Origin: an uncultured Desulfatitalea sp.
GTDB lineage: Bacteria > Desulfobacterota > Desulfobacteria > Desulfobacterales > Desulfosarcinaceae
Length of the DNA: 64,000 bases
Direction: 5' to 3'
Assembly: GCA_963668675.2 (NCBI GenBank)
Contig: CAXXMB010000002.1
Location: forward strand, 1,024,001-1,088,000
The first letter of the stretch is position 1; every line of letters begins with the position of its first letter. Positions 38,551 through 48,271 of the stretch are shown here, in pieces. The notes beneath the pieces were generated by a model. That model had not been told where the DNA came from. It did no database searches and worked only from the letters and a program-made list of their open reading frames with translations. The translations under genes were made by a program, and so were the position numbers.

Positions 38551-39944
38551 GTCAACTCCAAGCGAATGGAGATCCGGTAGCGGGATGATGCGTCAGCTTC
38601 CCCACCGGAATCCACGCCGACTTCGATATCGTTGAGTGAAAAATGTTGTGCGTTCTTAAAATTGGCTCGCACGCGCGCCACCAACTGATCCAGTATCCCT
38701 TTGAGTTGCTCGGCACTGCCGGCCCGGACCTTGGCCTCGAGCTTAACCTCCCGCTGCTCGTCCAGGAGCACCACCAACTCCTTCACCTGGATACCGGCCG
38801 GCAACCCGGCCAGCATGCGAAGCACGGTATCGGCGCAAACCGGCCGCTCCGCGGCCTCGATCACGCGGTCCAGCGCCTGCTCCAAATCACCGACCAGTTC
38901 CTCCGAATGGGCCACATGCTTCTGAATACGCCGTGTTTCAGCAGCCTCCTGCCGGATCATGCCATTGAGCAGCAGGTTCTCACCCAATAAAGGCAGCAGC
39001 AAAAGGGCGCCTACCAATATGCCGGCCCACTGCACCGGCTCCCACTCCAGTTCGCGCTTGATCTTCCTGTGGGTCAGGCTGAAAAAGGGAACCTTGTACG
39101 AAAGATCCCGTGGCTGCAGCAACCCGTCCAGAGAGGGTGCACCTTCGAAGGCAATGGTCTGGGCCCCCTTGAGCAGCGCCTGAAGATCGATCACCTCGCG
39201 TCCCAGGATCTCACTGAACACCTCGGGTGTTTCGGAAGGCAACTCTGCCAGCAAACAGACCCGATTCAGGTCGGTCTTGGCCTTCTGGGAAAACATATAC
39301 TGTGATTGGTTGATCTCGAAGGTCAGGGCCTCCAAACGATCCTCTCCTTCCGACAGGGCCACATTGCGGGAGAAGATGAAATGGCCTTGAAAATAGAAAT
39401 AGAGACTGCACTCCTGGCGTCCCATGTGGATCAGCAATGTGCTTTCATGGTCGAAATCGGAGGAGACCTGAGCCAGCCTATCGAGCCACAAAAACGCCGG
39501 GGTGGTGAGATAGCGTGGTTCGATATCTATTTTTTTCAGAGTGTTGTAGAGCCGATACCCCATTTCATCCTGAAGGAAATAGGCGATCAGACCGTTTTCA
39601 GCCTCCCCCGCTGCAAGGCTTTGGTAGTTGAAAAAGTGGCGTACCTCTTTTCGTTCGGGAAAAGCGGCTACCAATTTGCGTTCCAGGAAGGGCTCGATCA
39701 ATGCCGGCCGGGTGGATTGAAATGGAAAGCGCTCCATGCCCAGCCAGTGGTCCGGCATGATACACAGACTCTTATAGTTGCCCTTCACCTCTCTTGGAAT
39801 CCGGTCGGCAATGCCATCACCGGCAAGGACCTGATCCAACGGCAACCTCAAGAGGGATCGTCCGACATTTGGCTGGCGTCCGGTGGTCCAGAGAACCTCG
39901 TCGTTGTGAACCACAATGATTCCATTTAAACGTTTGTTAAACAT
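38547..39944 (-). CDS. PilM/PilN (MshI/GspL)-like fusion protein
   Basis: Cytoplasmic region with TLLIHMG..CSLYFY..FIFSRNV and LTFEINQSQYMF, TM, C-terminal PilN-like LPAGIQVKEL; first gene of the operon. Confidence 0.6.
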   Translation of the reverse strand: MFNKRLNGIIVVHNDEVLWTTGRQPNVGRSLLRLPLDQVLAGDGIADRIPREVKGNYKSLCIMPDHWLGMERFPFQSTRPALIEPFLERKLVAAFPERKEVRHFFNYQSLAAGEAENGLIAYFLQDEMGYRLYNTLKKIDIEPRYLTTPAFLWLDRLAQVSSDFDHESTLLIHMGRQECSLYFYFQGHFIFSRNVALSEGEDRLEALTFEINQSQYMFSQKAKTDLNRVCLLAELPSETPEVFSEILGREVIDLQALLKGAQTIAFEGAPSLDGLLQPRDLSYKVPFFSLTHRKIKRELEWEPVQWAGILVGALLLLPLLGENLLLNGMIRQEAAETRRIQKHVAHSEELVGDLEQALDRVIEAAERPVCADTVLRMLAGLPAGIQVKELVVLLDEQREVKLEAKVRAGSAEQLKGILDQLVARVRANFKNAQHFSLNDIEVGVDSGGEADASSRYRISIRLELT

Positions 39945-40510
39945 CTGTTTTCAAATGATTTTATTTAATTATCGACAAATCTTCTTTTCTTGGGGGTAAT
40001 ATCGGCAGGATTCGGGAATTACTTGAAAAATTAATTCGAAGCCAGGGAGCGTTTGGATTCTCTGGGATATAAAAGAGAGTCGGTGGATCACAGGAGGGCT
40101 CCTATTTTTGGGTATCAAGGATTTCTGTAGGCTAGGAGATAGAGTTAACTTGGCCGTTTGAAAAAATATCCGCAAAATTGTGAAACGTTTGTGGTCGGCT
40201 CGAGCCATGAGTTTTACAGTGACCGCAGCCACACTGAATGCCGTCTTGGAAATGTTCAAGGACGATGCGATTATGAATTATCTTGAAGACAACTGAACTC
40301 AAGTAAACGCCGAGGAAAAGTGCCACTGATGCCCGCCAATAAAACACTTGGTAGAGGATTTAATGAATAAGAAAAATGGAAATAACGGTTTTCGGTTCTC
40401 TATGAAACTCCAGCTCCAAGAAAATGCTCTGATAATGGCAGCGATGACGAAATAGAAGATATAGAAGATAAGGATGGATCTCTATCTAAAATGGCAAAAG
40501 CACCTGCTGC

Positions 40511-41197
40511 TTAAAAGCGAGCTGATATCCCGACATAATACTGAAATCCCTCTACATCCACATCTCCTGTACTGTCGGTGAAGGTGAGCCCGGTTTTCGT
40601 ACCGCGAATCCCGACGCCTAAAATCCAATCATCTGTCAAAATAAAATCCACACCGATCCTGACATATCCCCCCACGTCAAACCCCGAATCGGACCCACTC
40701 TCCGTCTGAAGCGTCGAGGAGTTGACCTGTTCCGTTTCTCGTCGGCCGTAGATGATCAGCGGCCCAGCACCAACGTAGGCGCGGAACCAGTAGGTCGGCA
40801 CATAACTGGAATAGACCCCGAAAAAAATGTCCGCAAGAAAGTCTTCGATGTCCAGGGATACCGAAATGGTCCCCCCACCGCCGCCCCCCGAGGCGGCAAA
40901 GGATCGCGTATCGCTTTTCCAGCTGAACAGTGCGCCGCCTTCCAAACCATATGGGAAGCGGCTACCGCCATATGGATTTTGGAAAGCGAAGCCAATTAGG
41001 GGAATATCATAGTCTCCCCCGCTGACCCGGTCATTGTCATTAGGGATGACCATCTGGCCGATCATGAGTTGGGCTATTTTGGGCTTCTCCTCTTGTTGGG
41101 CGTAAACAGGGGAGAAACTTGAAAGGGCAACAAGAATGAGAAAAAGGCGCCGCACCATCCGACGGTTGCTTTTGGTAGACATATTTCCCATCTCCAT
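40511..41197 (-). CDS. Outer-membrane beta-barrel protein
   Basis: Signal peptide, alternating beta strands, RAYVGAGP, C-terminal YYVGISARF. Confidence 0.75.
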   Translation of the reverse strand: MEMGNMSTKSNRRMVRRLFLILVALSSFSPVYAQQEEKPKIAQLMIGQMVIPNDNDRVSGGDYDIPLIGFAFQNPYGGSRFPYGLEGGALFSWKSDTRSFAASGGGGGGTISVSLDIEDFLADIFFGVYSSYVPTYWFRAYVGAGPLIIYGRRETEQVNSSTLQTESGSDSGFDVGGYVRIGVDFILTDDWILGVGIRGTKTGLTFTDSTGDVDVEGFQYYVGISARF

Positions 41198-41325
41198 TTT
41201 GGAAGGTTGAATTCGAAATATGGTTCAGGCTATCGTATTACCATCCGAAATCAAACAGTAAACAGACCCCCAAGCAGGATGTGAAAAGGAACAGTTGAAA
41301 ATTCCGGCACCAATGAAATTCAGTG

Positions 41326-41355
41326 TTGCCCCTTTTGGGCTGTTGGCCGTATAAT
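41326..41355 (+). promoter_or_regulatory. Possible sigma-70 promoter
   Basis: TTGCCC-N18-TATAAT upstream of the 72-aa ORF. Confidence 0.35.
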
Positions 41356-41390
41356 TATACATCATCAACATCCAATCAGAGGAGGGCCCC

Positions 41391-41609
41391 ATGAGTCTGC
41401 AGAACCGCTCCTCCATTGACAGGCGCAGCGGCAATGACCGGCGCAAATTTCCCATCCTCAAGAAGCTATTTGCAGCAGACCCCCACCACAGAGACGAAGC
41501 GGACCGGCGAACCGACGATGAACGCAGAAACGGATGGGTGCGCATGACCAAGTGGTCGAGCATGAACCTGTCAGAGCTGAAAATTTCAAAGTTCCTGAAA
41601 CCGTATTGA
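41391..41609 (+). CDS. Small hypothetical protein with repeated (D/E)RR motifs
   Basis: GAGGAGG RBS; DRRSGNDRR...DRRTDDERRNGWVR. Confidence 0.7.
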   Translation: MSLQNRSSIDRRSGNDRRKFPILKKLFAADPHHRDEADRRTDDERRNGWVRMTKWSSMNLSELKISKFLKPY

Positions 41610-41729
41610 TGAGAGCTGCATTTGCGAAGGGTTAAAGGCCATGAAATGGCCGGCGCCCGCATCAGGCGTAACGCTCACCGATGCTTTGGGCACCGGATGA
41701 GATAAGTATGCTTTTCCCGCCGCGCCTGC

Positions 41730-42572
41730 TCACACCTGTTCAGTCGACGGGCAGATCTCTTCTATCAGTTTCAATCCATTGGCATAAAAAACACGATCAT
41801 AAAACGTCTGGGGCAGATCGAAGCTCAGAAGGTGATCGATCTCACCCATCCGGGGAAGAATAATGTTGGGAAAATCGGACCCGTAGAGGATGCGATGGCT
41901 ATACCTTTCCAGATAGCCATGATCGAGGTTGAACGTGAACGGCAGGCCCGGCCAAAAGGTGTAGGCCGTATCGAGATATAGACGGGGATGGGCATCCAGG
42001 AGGTCGATAAACCGCTGAAATTCATAACACCCCATATGGGGGATGTTGGCCGGCAGATCGGGATATCGCTCCAGGACCGGTTTAAAATGCTCCCACCCCA
42101 CAAATTCGTTTGACGAAGGACCGTTGCCCACGTGCAGCAGCAGCCGCTTTCTCTTCTCCATGACCATTTCGTACATGGGGAAGAGGCGACGGTCGTGGGG
42201 ATAGAGCCTTTGTACCTGAAAGTGCAGTTTGATGCCCACAACCCGTGGATGGGAGAGCATCTGCTCGGCATATTGGAGCGCATCGTCATCATCTGGATGG
42301 AAAGCGGCAAAGCAGTACAGCTGGTCATCCGCTCCGAGCAGGTCGAGGTTCCACTCGTTCATGGGCGCAGCGATGCCCTTTTTGTGGGCATAATTAGAGA
42401 AGACGATGCGCTCTACCCCGTGGGCATGGAGATAGTCGACACACTCCATGCTGTATAGATGGTGAAGCACCTCCGCGCCCCGGGTAGCAAAAAAATGCCA
42501 GATGGCATCGAACCCCTTATCCGGGAAGAGATGCACGTGGAAATCGATAATGGCGGGAGGAACACTTTTCAT
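41730..42572 (-). CDS. Amidohydrolase family protein (amidohydro_2)
   Basis: IDFHVH, GIKLH, LLHVG, IPHMG, LYLDTA, ILYGSDFP. Confidence 0.88.
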   Translation of the reverse strand: MKSVPPAIIDFHVHLFPDKGFDAIWHFFATRGAEVLHHLYSMECVDYLHAHGVERIVFSNYAHKKGIAAPMNEWNLDLLGADDQLYCFAAFHPDDDDALQYAEQMLSHPRVVGIKLHFQVQRLYPHDRRLFPMYEMVMEKRKRLLLHVGNGPSSNEFVGWEHFKPVLERYPDLPANIPHMGCYEFQRFIDLLDAHPRLYLDTAYTFWPGLPFTFNLDHGYLERYSHRILYGSDFPNIILPRMGEIDHLLSFDLPQTFYDRVFYANGLKLIEEICPSTEQV

Positions 42573-43711
42573 GGTTCATTCGACAGGGGCAATCGGAAAA
42601 AAAACGTCGTGCCTTCGGAAGGGTCGGAAGTAAAATAGACCTGGCCGCCCAAGTACTGTTCGCCGAACAGCTTCATCGAGAAGGTGCCCAACCCCCTGCC
42701 GGCCTTGGACTTGGTGCTGAAAAACCGTTGGAATACCCTGAGTTGGTTCTTTTCACTGATATGGGCCCCATTCCAGACTTTCCATACGACAGCATCGCTC
42801 CGGAGGTCGACCATCAGGCGAACCAGACCGCCCTTGGACGTGGCTTCGAGCGCATTGATGACCATGTTTCCCAGCACCTTGGACACCAGCAACGGATCGG
42901 TAGAGATACTTACCTCCTCTTCAGGCCAGGACTCGATCAACTCCCTGTCGATACGTGACGTGTGTCCATCGATCAGCAGGTTCAACTCTCTCTTGATCCT
43001 GCTCAGGGGCACATTTGTTTTGTTCAGCGAGTAAGTGGCCCCCCTGCTGCTGGACAGGGCGCGCTGCAACGACACCTCCGCATTCAACCTCACCGCTGCG
43101 GCCCTGATCTGCTGGGCCTCCATGCTGTCCGGCATATCTGCGGCCAGCAGGTCGCTGTACCCCAGCAGGGCAGCCAGCGAATTGTTGATGTCGTGGAAAA
43201 AGACACGCTCCAGATTCATCCAGAACTGCTCTTGGGTGATATCCTGGGCAAAGATCAAAATCCACCGGCGGTCATCCACCCGGATGGGATGTGCTCGGAC
43301 CAACAGGCAGATATCGCTGGTTGCACCATTGTTTCCCGAGGTGAGCGCACACACCTGTTCATCGATCACATCGTTTTTGATGGCCGCCATCATGGCGATG
43401 GCCGCGCCGCAGGTCACGCACTGGGGCGTGGTGCCGCAACCATTGGGCGGGTCATGGGCATGAACGCACTGCAGGCACTCCCCCAGACGCATAGCCAGCA
43501 CCTCCTCCGCATTGGAGATGCCAATGGCTTCCAGAAAAGCATGGTTGATGGCCACAATCTGACGGTCCTCATTGAGAACGACCAGAAGACCGGAGACGGT
43601 CTTGAGCAGTGCGCTCATGACGGGGCTTTGACTGATATCGACAAGCTGGTTTTGGAACTCTCTTCGGTCGGTCCTCTGTTCCGGCGCAAAATGGGTCTCA
43701 ACGGTCGTCAT
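42569..43711 (-). CDS. Cytoplasmic sensor histidine kinase with Cys-rich PAS-like domain
   Basis: VVLNEDRQIVAIN, GECLQCVH...GCGTTPQCVTCG, FFHDINN, NMVINALEA, FQRFFSTK, GRGLG. Confidence 0.88.
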   Translation of the reverse strand: MTTVETHFAPEQRTDRREFQNQLVDISQSPVMSALLKTVSGLLVVLNEDRQIVAINHAFLEAIGISNAEEVLAMRLGECLQCVHAHDPPNGCGTTPQCVTCGAAIAMMAAIKNDVIDEQVCALTSGNNGATSDICLLVRAHPIRVDDRRWILIFAQDITQEQFWMNLERVFFHDINNSLAALLGYSDLLAADMPDSMEAQQIRAAAVRLNAEVSLQRALSSSRGATYSLNKTNVPLSRIKRELNLLIDGHTSRIDRELIESWPEEEVSISTDPLLVSKVLGNMVINALEATSKGGLVRLMVDLRSDAVVWKVWNGAHISEKNQLRVFQRFFSTKSKAGRGLGTFSMKLFGEQYLGGQVYFTSDPSEGTTFFFRLPLSNEP

Positions 43712-44118
43712 GGGTCCCCCTATTTGAGTGGATCTGCGGCAAACAGGGTCCTAAATCTTGATCTTTATTATTTAGACACCATTTCAGACAAAAAAAAAGT
43801 CTTTTCTCAATCCGGCCTTGCCCGGGGTGTAGCTTGCACAGCAGGTCATTTAGCGTAAAGATGTCCCGTCGATTTTAAACGCCATGGCCTTTCACTTCCC
43901 CCAGCGTTGCATGGATGCTTCAGGCAATGGGACGACATACGATTCTGCCGCTTAAGCGATAGCACCGCCCCCATAGAAGATGGACGAATTAAGATTTTGT
44001 AGTGTTTTGGAACAAACTGAGCTATAAGAGGCGGTCGACAGGTCCCATCAAGCTGCTGAATCTGCATGATAATTATCCCGGCGACGCCCGCGGGAAGAAG
44101 AACTGGTCCGATATTCGA

Positions 44119-45384
44119 ATGAAAAAGAAGGTCTATTACGGATGGTGGATCGTCGCCGCGACCAACATCATCTGCATGTTCGGTTACGGCACCTGGCTCT
44201 ACAGCTTCGGTGTGTTTTTCAAACCCATGTCTTCCGAATTCGGCTGGACCCGGGCAATGACCTCCGGTGCTTATGCCATGCGCACCATCGAGGGCGGTAT
44301 TGCGTCGCCTCTGGTGGGATGGGCGGTGGATCGATACGGTTCGCGCCTTTTGATCATCATTGGTGCCGTCATCTCCGGCGGCGCTTTCATGCTGATGCCG
44401 GCCATCGCGTCCCTGTGGGGTTTTTACCTGATCTACGGCGTACTGCTCTCCGCCGGCATGAGCGCCATGCTCTATCTGCCTGCCTGGACAGTGATCGCCA
44501 AATGGTTCCAGCGCCGTCTATCCTTTGCCCTGGCAATTCTCTCCGTAGGGGCGGGATTCGGCGGATTGATCTGTGCGCCGCTGGCGGCCGTCATGATCAC
44601 CCATTTCGGATGGCGCACAGCCTTCGTCGTGATGGGGATCTTTATCTGGTGCCTGGTCATCCCTCTGGCTTTCGTTATAAAAGAGAAACCTCAGGATATT
44701 GGAATGCTGCCAGATGGCGTGCCGCTCGAGCCAAAAACATCGGAAGCCGAAGGGCCCCTCCCCACAACGGAGAAATCGGAATCGGTTGCGGCCAGCCCAG
44801 CCGACTACACTTTGAAAGAGGCCCTGAAGACCTCCACCTTCTGGCTTCTGGCTTTGGCCTTCTTCTTCCAGGCCATGGCTCACTCAACGGTCACCGTGCA
44901 CACGATACCGGCCCTGACAGACGCGGGTATTCCCGTGGAACGCGCCGCGTTCAGCATCGGTCTGTTGACCCTTGTAAGCGTCATCGGACGGCTCTCCTTC
45001 GGAACCCTGGGCGACTATTTCAACAAGCGCTACCTCTTCATGATCTCCTACGTGATGATGGGCTCCGGCATGCTGGTGCTCATGAACGCTAAAACCATGG
45101 GGACGGTGTGGATCTTCATCTTTCTGTTCGGTATCGGCTTCGGCGGCAATGTCCCCCTGATGCCGGCGATACGAGCCGAATACTTCGGCAGAGCATCCCT
45201 GGGGAAAATCCAGGGTGTCATGAACCCGGTCATGATGATATCGGGTGCCACAGGCCCCATACTGGCCGGCCACCTTTTCGACACCACCGGCTCCTATCGC
45301 ACCGCCTTCATGACCATCGGCCTTCTCACCTTCGTGGCCGCCATCGTCATCTTCTTTGCCCGCCCGAGCAAAAAACCAAGATAG
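44119..45384 (+). CDS. MFS transporter (OFA/MCT-like)
   Basis: YYGWWIV, GWAVDRYGSR, AKWFQRR, GTLGDYFNKR; ~12 hydrophobic segments. Confidence 0.92.
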   Translation: MKKKVYYGWWIVAATNIICMFGYGTWLYSFGVFFKPMSSEFGWTRAMTSGAYAMRTIEGGIASPLVGWAVDRYGSRLLIIIGAVISGGAFMLMPAIASLWGFYLIYGVLLSAGMSAMLYLPAWTVIAKWFQRRLSFALAILSVGAGFGGLICAPLAAVMITHFGWRTAFVVMGIFIWCLVIPLAFVIKEKPQDIGMLPDGVPLEPKTSEAEGPLPTTEKSESVAASPADYTLKEALKTSTFWLLALAFFFQAMAHSTVTVHTIPALTDAGIPVERAAFSIGLLTLVSVIGRLSFGTLGDYFNKRYLFMISYVMMGSGMLVLMNAKTMGTVWIFIFLFGIGFGGNVPLMPAIRAEYFGRASLGKIQGVMNPVMMISGATGPILAGHLFDTTGSYRTAFMTIGLLTFVAAIVIFFARPSKKPR

Positions 45385-45393
45385 CCGTAGGTT

Positions 45394-46260
45394 CTAATAG
45401 AGTTGGATCAGCTCTTCGATCATGGTCATGTCGGCGTCGTCAAGTTCGATGTCGTAGGCGCTTAGATCCTCGCGCATGTGCCTCTCATCGGTCGTACCGG
45501 TCAGCGGAAAGATTCCCAACTGCAGACAAAAACGGAACACCACCCGCGCCACAGAGCACCTCAAACGGCCAGCGAGCCGGTGGACCGGGGCACAGTTCAA
45601 CTCCCTGGCATTGGCCGTCAATAAGGAAAACCCCTGATATAGCACACCATGGGCATCGCACAGGGCGCGCACCTCCGCATCCCACCGGGTGCGCACAAAA
45701 CAGCGGTTTTGCACGATCGCCGGTTTCACCTCGGCCTCTTCGATCAACTGCCGCAACTGCTCGCCACTGACATTGGAGACCCCAATCAGCCGAACGGTTC
45801 CGGTCCGCAACAGCGCCTCCATCGCCCGCCACACCTCCCAGTCGGCCTCGACCAACCCATATGGCGTCGATGGGCCGTGCAACAGGTATGCGTCCAAATA
45901 GTCGGTGCCAAGATGGGCCAGGGAGCTCTCCACCGACTGCAGCACCTGCTCGGCGTACCCGGCCCGGGGATCGTAGGGCAGGCGGTGATCCTGGCCGGCC
46001 ACATAGGTGAACTTGGATTGAAGATAGATCGCTTCGCGCCCTAAACGTCCCTCCTCCATAAAACCCCGCACCGCAGCCCCAACCCCGACCTCATTGTAAT
46101 GCCGACGCTGATTGGCCGTATCGATCCCCCTGAACCCGGCCCCGAGTGCCATCCGGGTCAGCGCCTCGGTCCGCTCCTCCTTCCAGGCCGTCCCATAAAG
46201 AAAAGTGGGCACTCGAACGCCGTTCAGGTCCAGGTAACGATCAACTCGTGAGGTCATCAT
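45394..46260 (-). CDS. Aldo/keto reductase
   Basis: LYGTAWK, GFRGIDTA..HY, YLQSKF, SLAHLGTDYLDAYLLHGP, IGVSN. Confidence 0.9.
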   Translation of the reverse strand: MMTSRVDRYLDLNGVRVPTFLYGTAWKEERTEALTRMALGAGFRGIDTANQRRHYNEVGVGAAVRGFMEEGRLGREAIYLQSKFTYVAGQDHRLPYDPRAGYAEQVLQSVESSLAHLGTDYLDAYLLHGPSTPYGLVEADWEVWRAMEALLRTGTVRLIGVSNVSGEQLRQLIEEAEVKPAIVQNRCFVRTRWDAEVRALCDAHGVLYQGFSLLTANARELNCAPVHRLAGRLRCSVARVVFRFCLQLGIFPLTGTTDERHMREDLSAYDIELDDADMTMIEELIQLY

Positions 46261-46343
46261 GATTCATCTCTCCCTACATCGATATTCATTTTGAGGGTGT
46301 GTTGATATTCGTACGCGTTTGACCATTTATGAAAAGAGAAGTG

Positions 46344-46883
46344 TCAGAACGGCTCGGGCATACCCACGGCAAAGATGGGCGACATCCTCGACAACTCAAA
46401 CCGCTGCTCGTTCACTTCAGTTCCCCACTGCCGGCCCCTGTGCTCCTCGACCAACTCAAAACCCACCGTCTCATATAGGCTGCGGGCCGCCAACAATCCC
46501 TCGAACGTCCACAAATAGACCCGGCCATATCCTTTGCTTTTACAAAAATCCATCGCCGCCTTCATCAACTGCCGACCTACCCCCAGCCCCTGGACCGCCT
46601 CTGAAACGACAAACCAGCGAAGGTGCGCCCCGTGCCCGTCGGCATCGACCCCGTCTATGGTGATCGCCCCCTCCACCTCGCCGTCCACCGAGGCTGTCCA
46701 GAAGCCATCGCGTTCGTCGTTGTAGCGATCCATGAACTCGGACAACTCCCGGGCGACCTTGGCTTCAAAAACCACCCCGAACCCCCAATGCCGGCTGTAA
46801 TAGCTGCCGTGCAAGGTCACCACCCGTCCGATGGCCCCAGGCAGGTAGCCCTTCTGTATGCTTATACTGGAAAGCGAATTCAT
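46344..46883 (-). CDS. GNAT family N-acetyltransferase
   Basis: AHLRWFVV...QGLGVGRQL, ARSLYETVGF. Confidence 0.88.
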   Translation of the reverse strand: MNSLSSISIQKGYLPGAIGRVVTLHGSYYSRHWGFGVVFEAKVARELSEFMDRYNDERDGFWTASVDGEVEGAITIDGVDADGHGAHLRWFVVSEAVQGLGVGRQLMKAAMDFCKSKGYGRVYLWTFEGLLAARSLYETVGFELVEEHRGRQWGTEVNEQRFELSRMSPIFAVGMPEPF

Positions 46884-46935
46884 GGCCCAGAATCCAATTC
46901 GTTGATCGCTAACTGCCCTCCCGCGAAAGGCCTTT

Positions 46936-47784
46936 TCAAGAGGCAGCTTCCGTGTCCAGTCCCGTTATCTGCTGGCCACAGCGCTTGCAGTGACGGGCAT
47001 CGCTGTCATGACCGACAAGACCGCACTGCGGGCAACGCCTCTCCTCGGCCGCCTTGCGCGTCGCACTGCCGATCTCCACTGTCACGATGCCGGTCGGTAC
47101 GGCAATAATGGCATAGCCCATAATCATGATCACCGCCGCGAGCGCCTGTCCGAGCATCGTCTTGGGCGCGATATCCCCATACCCCACCGTCGTGAGTGTT
47201 ACGATGGCCCAGTAGACGCTTTTGGGGATGCTGGTGAACCCGTTCTCCACCCCCTCCACCAGGTACATCATGGAACCGAGCGTCACCACCAGGGTGATGA
47301 CACTGACAATAAAAACGATGATCTTGGGCCGACTCGCCCGCAAAGCCCGCATCAGCACCGCCGCTTCGGAGACATACTGGGCCAGTTTGAGAACCCGGAA
47401 CACGCGTAGCAGTCTCAGCACCCGCACCGTAAGCAACGCCTGGCCACCGGGAATCACAAGACTCAGATAGGTCGGCAAAATGGCCAACAGATCGACAATG
47501 CCGAAAAAACTGCGGGCGTATTTGGCAGCCCGAGGCGCACACCAGAGCCGCAGAAGATATTCCAGGGAGAAGATAATGGTAAAGGTCCACTCTGCCGCTC
47601 TGAGAAGCGCGCCATAGGTTGTGCGAATCTCCTGGACGCTATCGATCATTACCACAAGCACACTCGCGACAATCAGCCAAATCAGGGCAACGTCAAACGC
47701 CTTGCCGGCGGTCGTATAGTGCTCGAAGATAACGATACGAGTGCGCTCGCGCAGCGACCGTGAAGGTTGAGTTGTTGTCTGCAT
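46936..47784 (-). CDS. Voltage-gated potassium channel (ion transport protein)
   Basis: S4 RVLRLLRVFRVLK, selectivity filter TTVGYGD, C-terminal CPQC...CKRC; ATG 47784 follows GGAG (ORF track extends to 48051). Confidence 0.9.
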   Translation of the reverse strand: MQTTTQPSRSLRERTRIVIFEHYTTAGKAFDVALIWLIVASVLVVMIDSVQEIRTTYGALLRAAEWTFTIIFSLEYLLRLWCAPRAAKYARSFFGIVDLLAILPTYLSLVIPGGQALLTVRVLRLLRVFRVLKLAQYVSEAAVLMRALRASRPKIIVFIVSVITLVVTLGSMMYLVEGVENGFTSIPKSVYWAIVTLTTVGYGDIAPKTMLGQALAAVIMIMGYAIIAVPTGIVTVEIGSATRKAAEERRCPQCGLVGHDSDARHCKRCGQQITGLDTEAAS

Positions 47785-48015
47785 GGTAATCTCCGAAATG
47801 CCAAATAGCCGTTCAGCATCAACGAGAAATGAACCCCTTGCTGATAAATTCACTTCACCTTTATTGGTGAAAACAGGTAATCTATGAAACGTTTTGCCAC
47901 TATTATACATGATGCGCTCTAACAGCGATAATAAAAACTGACGACCGCGCGCTGATCCTTGTTTAAAACAACGCCTTATCAAACGAAATAACGCTTCCGA
48001 TTCAGATGGCCACAT

Positions 48016-48167
48016 ATTAAGCCGGCAATAAAATCGGCCCGCCTCCGTCATCCCGGCCCCCGGATCGCGGTCCGGAACAAGCTTTTATGATCCGGGATCC
48101 GGTAAGGGCTTGAATTCCGGCGTTCGCCGGAATGATAATTATGAATGTATTGAATTGCCGGGTTAAT
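48016..48167. mobile_element. MITE-like element with 14-bp terminal inverted repeats and an internal REP-like palindrome
   Basis: ATTAAGCCGGCAAT (48016-48029) / ATTGCCGGGTTAAT (48154-48167), 1 mismatch; internal GTCATCCCGG...CCGGGATCC...ATTCCGGCGTTCGCCGGAAT. Confidence 0.7.
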
Positions 48168-48271
48168 CGCTTGATTTACAGCAGAGAAATGATACACAAT
48201 GCCCCATCTCCCCTATTCTATTGAGCTCAGTGGCGATACCAGTTGATGCTGCTGAAAACCGAAAGGGTTTT

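Noticed and set aside
40312..40326. Minus-strand TGGCAC as a sigma-54 promoter for the mshI-like operon
   Set aside because: No GC at the -12 position (reads TGGCACTTTTCCTCG)
47785..48051. N-terminal extension of the K+ channel in the ORF track
   Set aside because: Starts inside the MITE and crosses AT-rich intergenic DNA; a better RBS-linked ATG is at 47784
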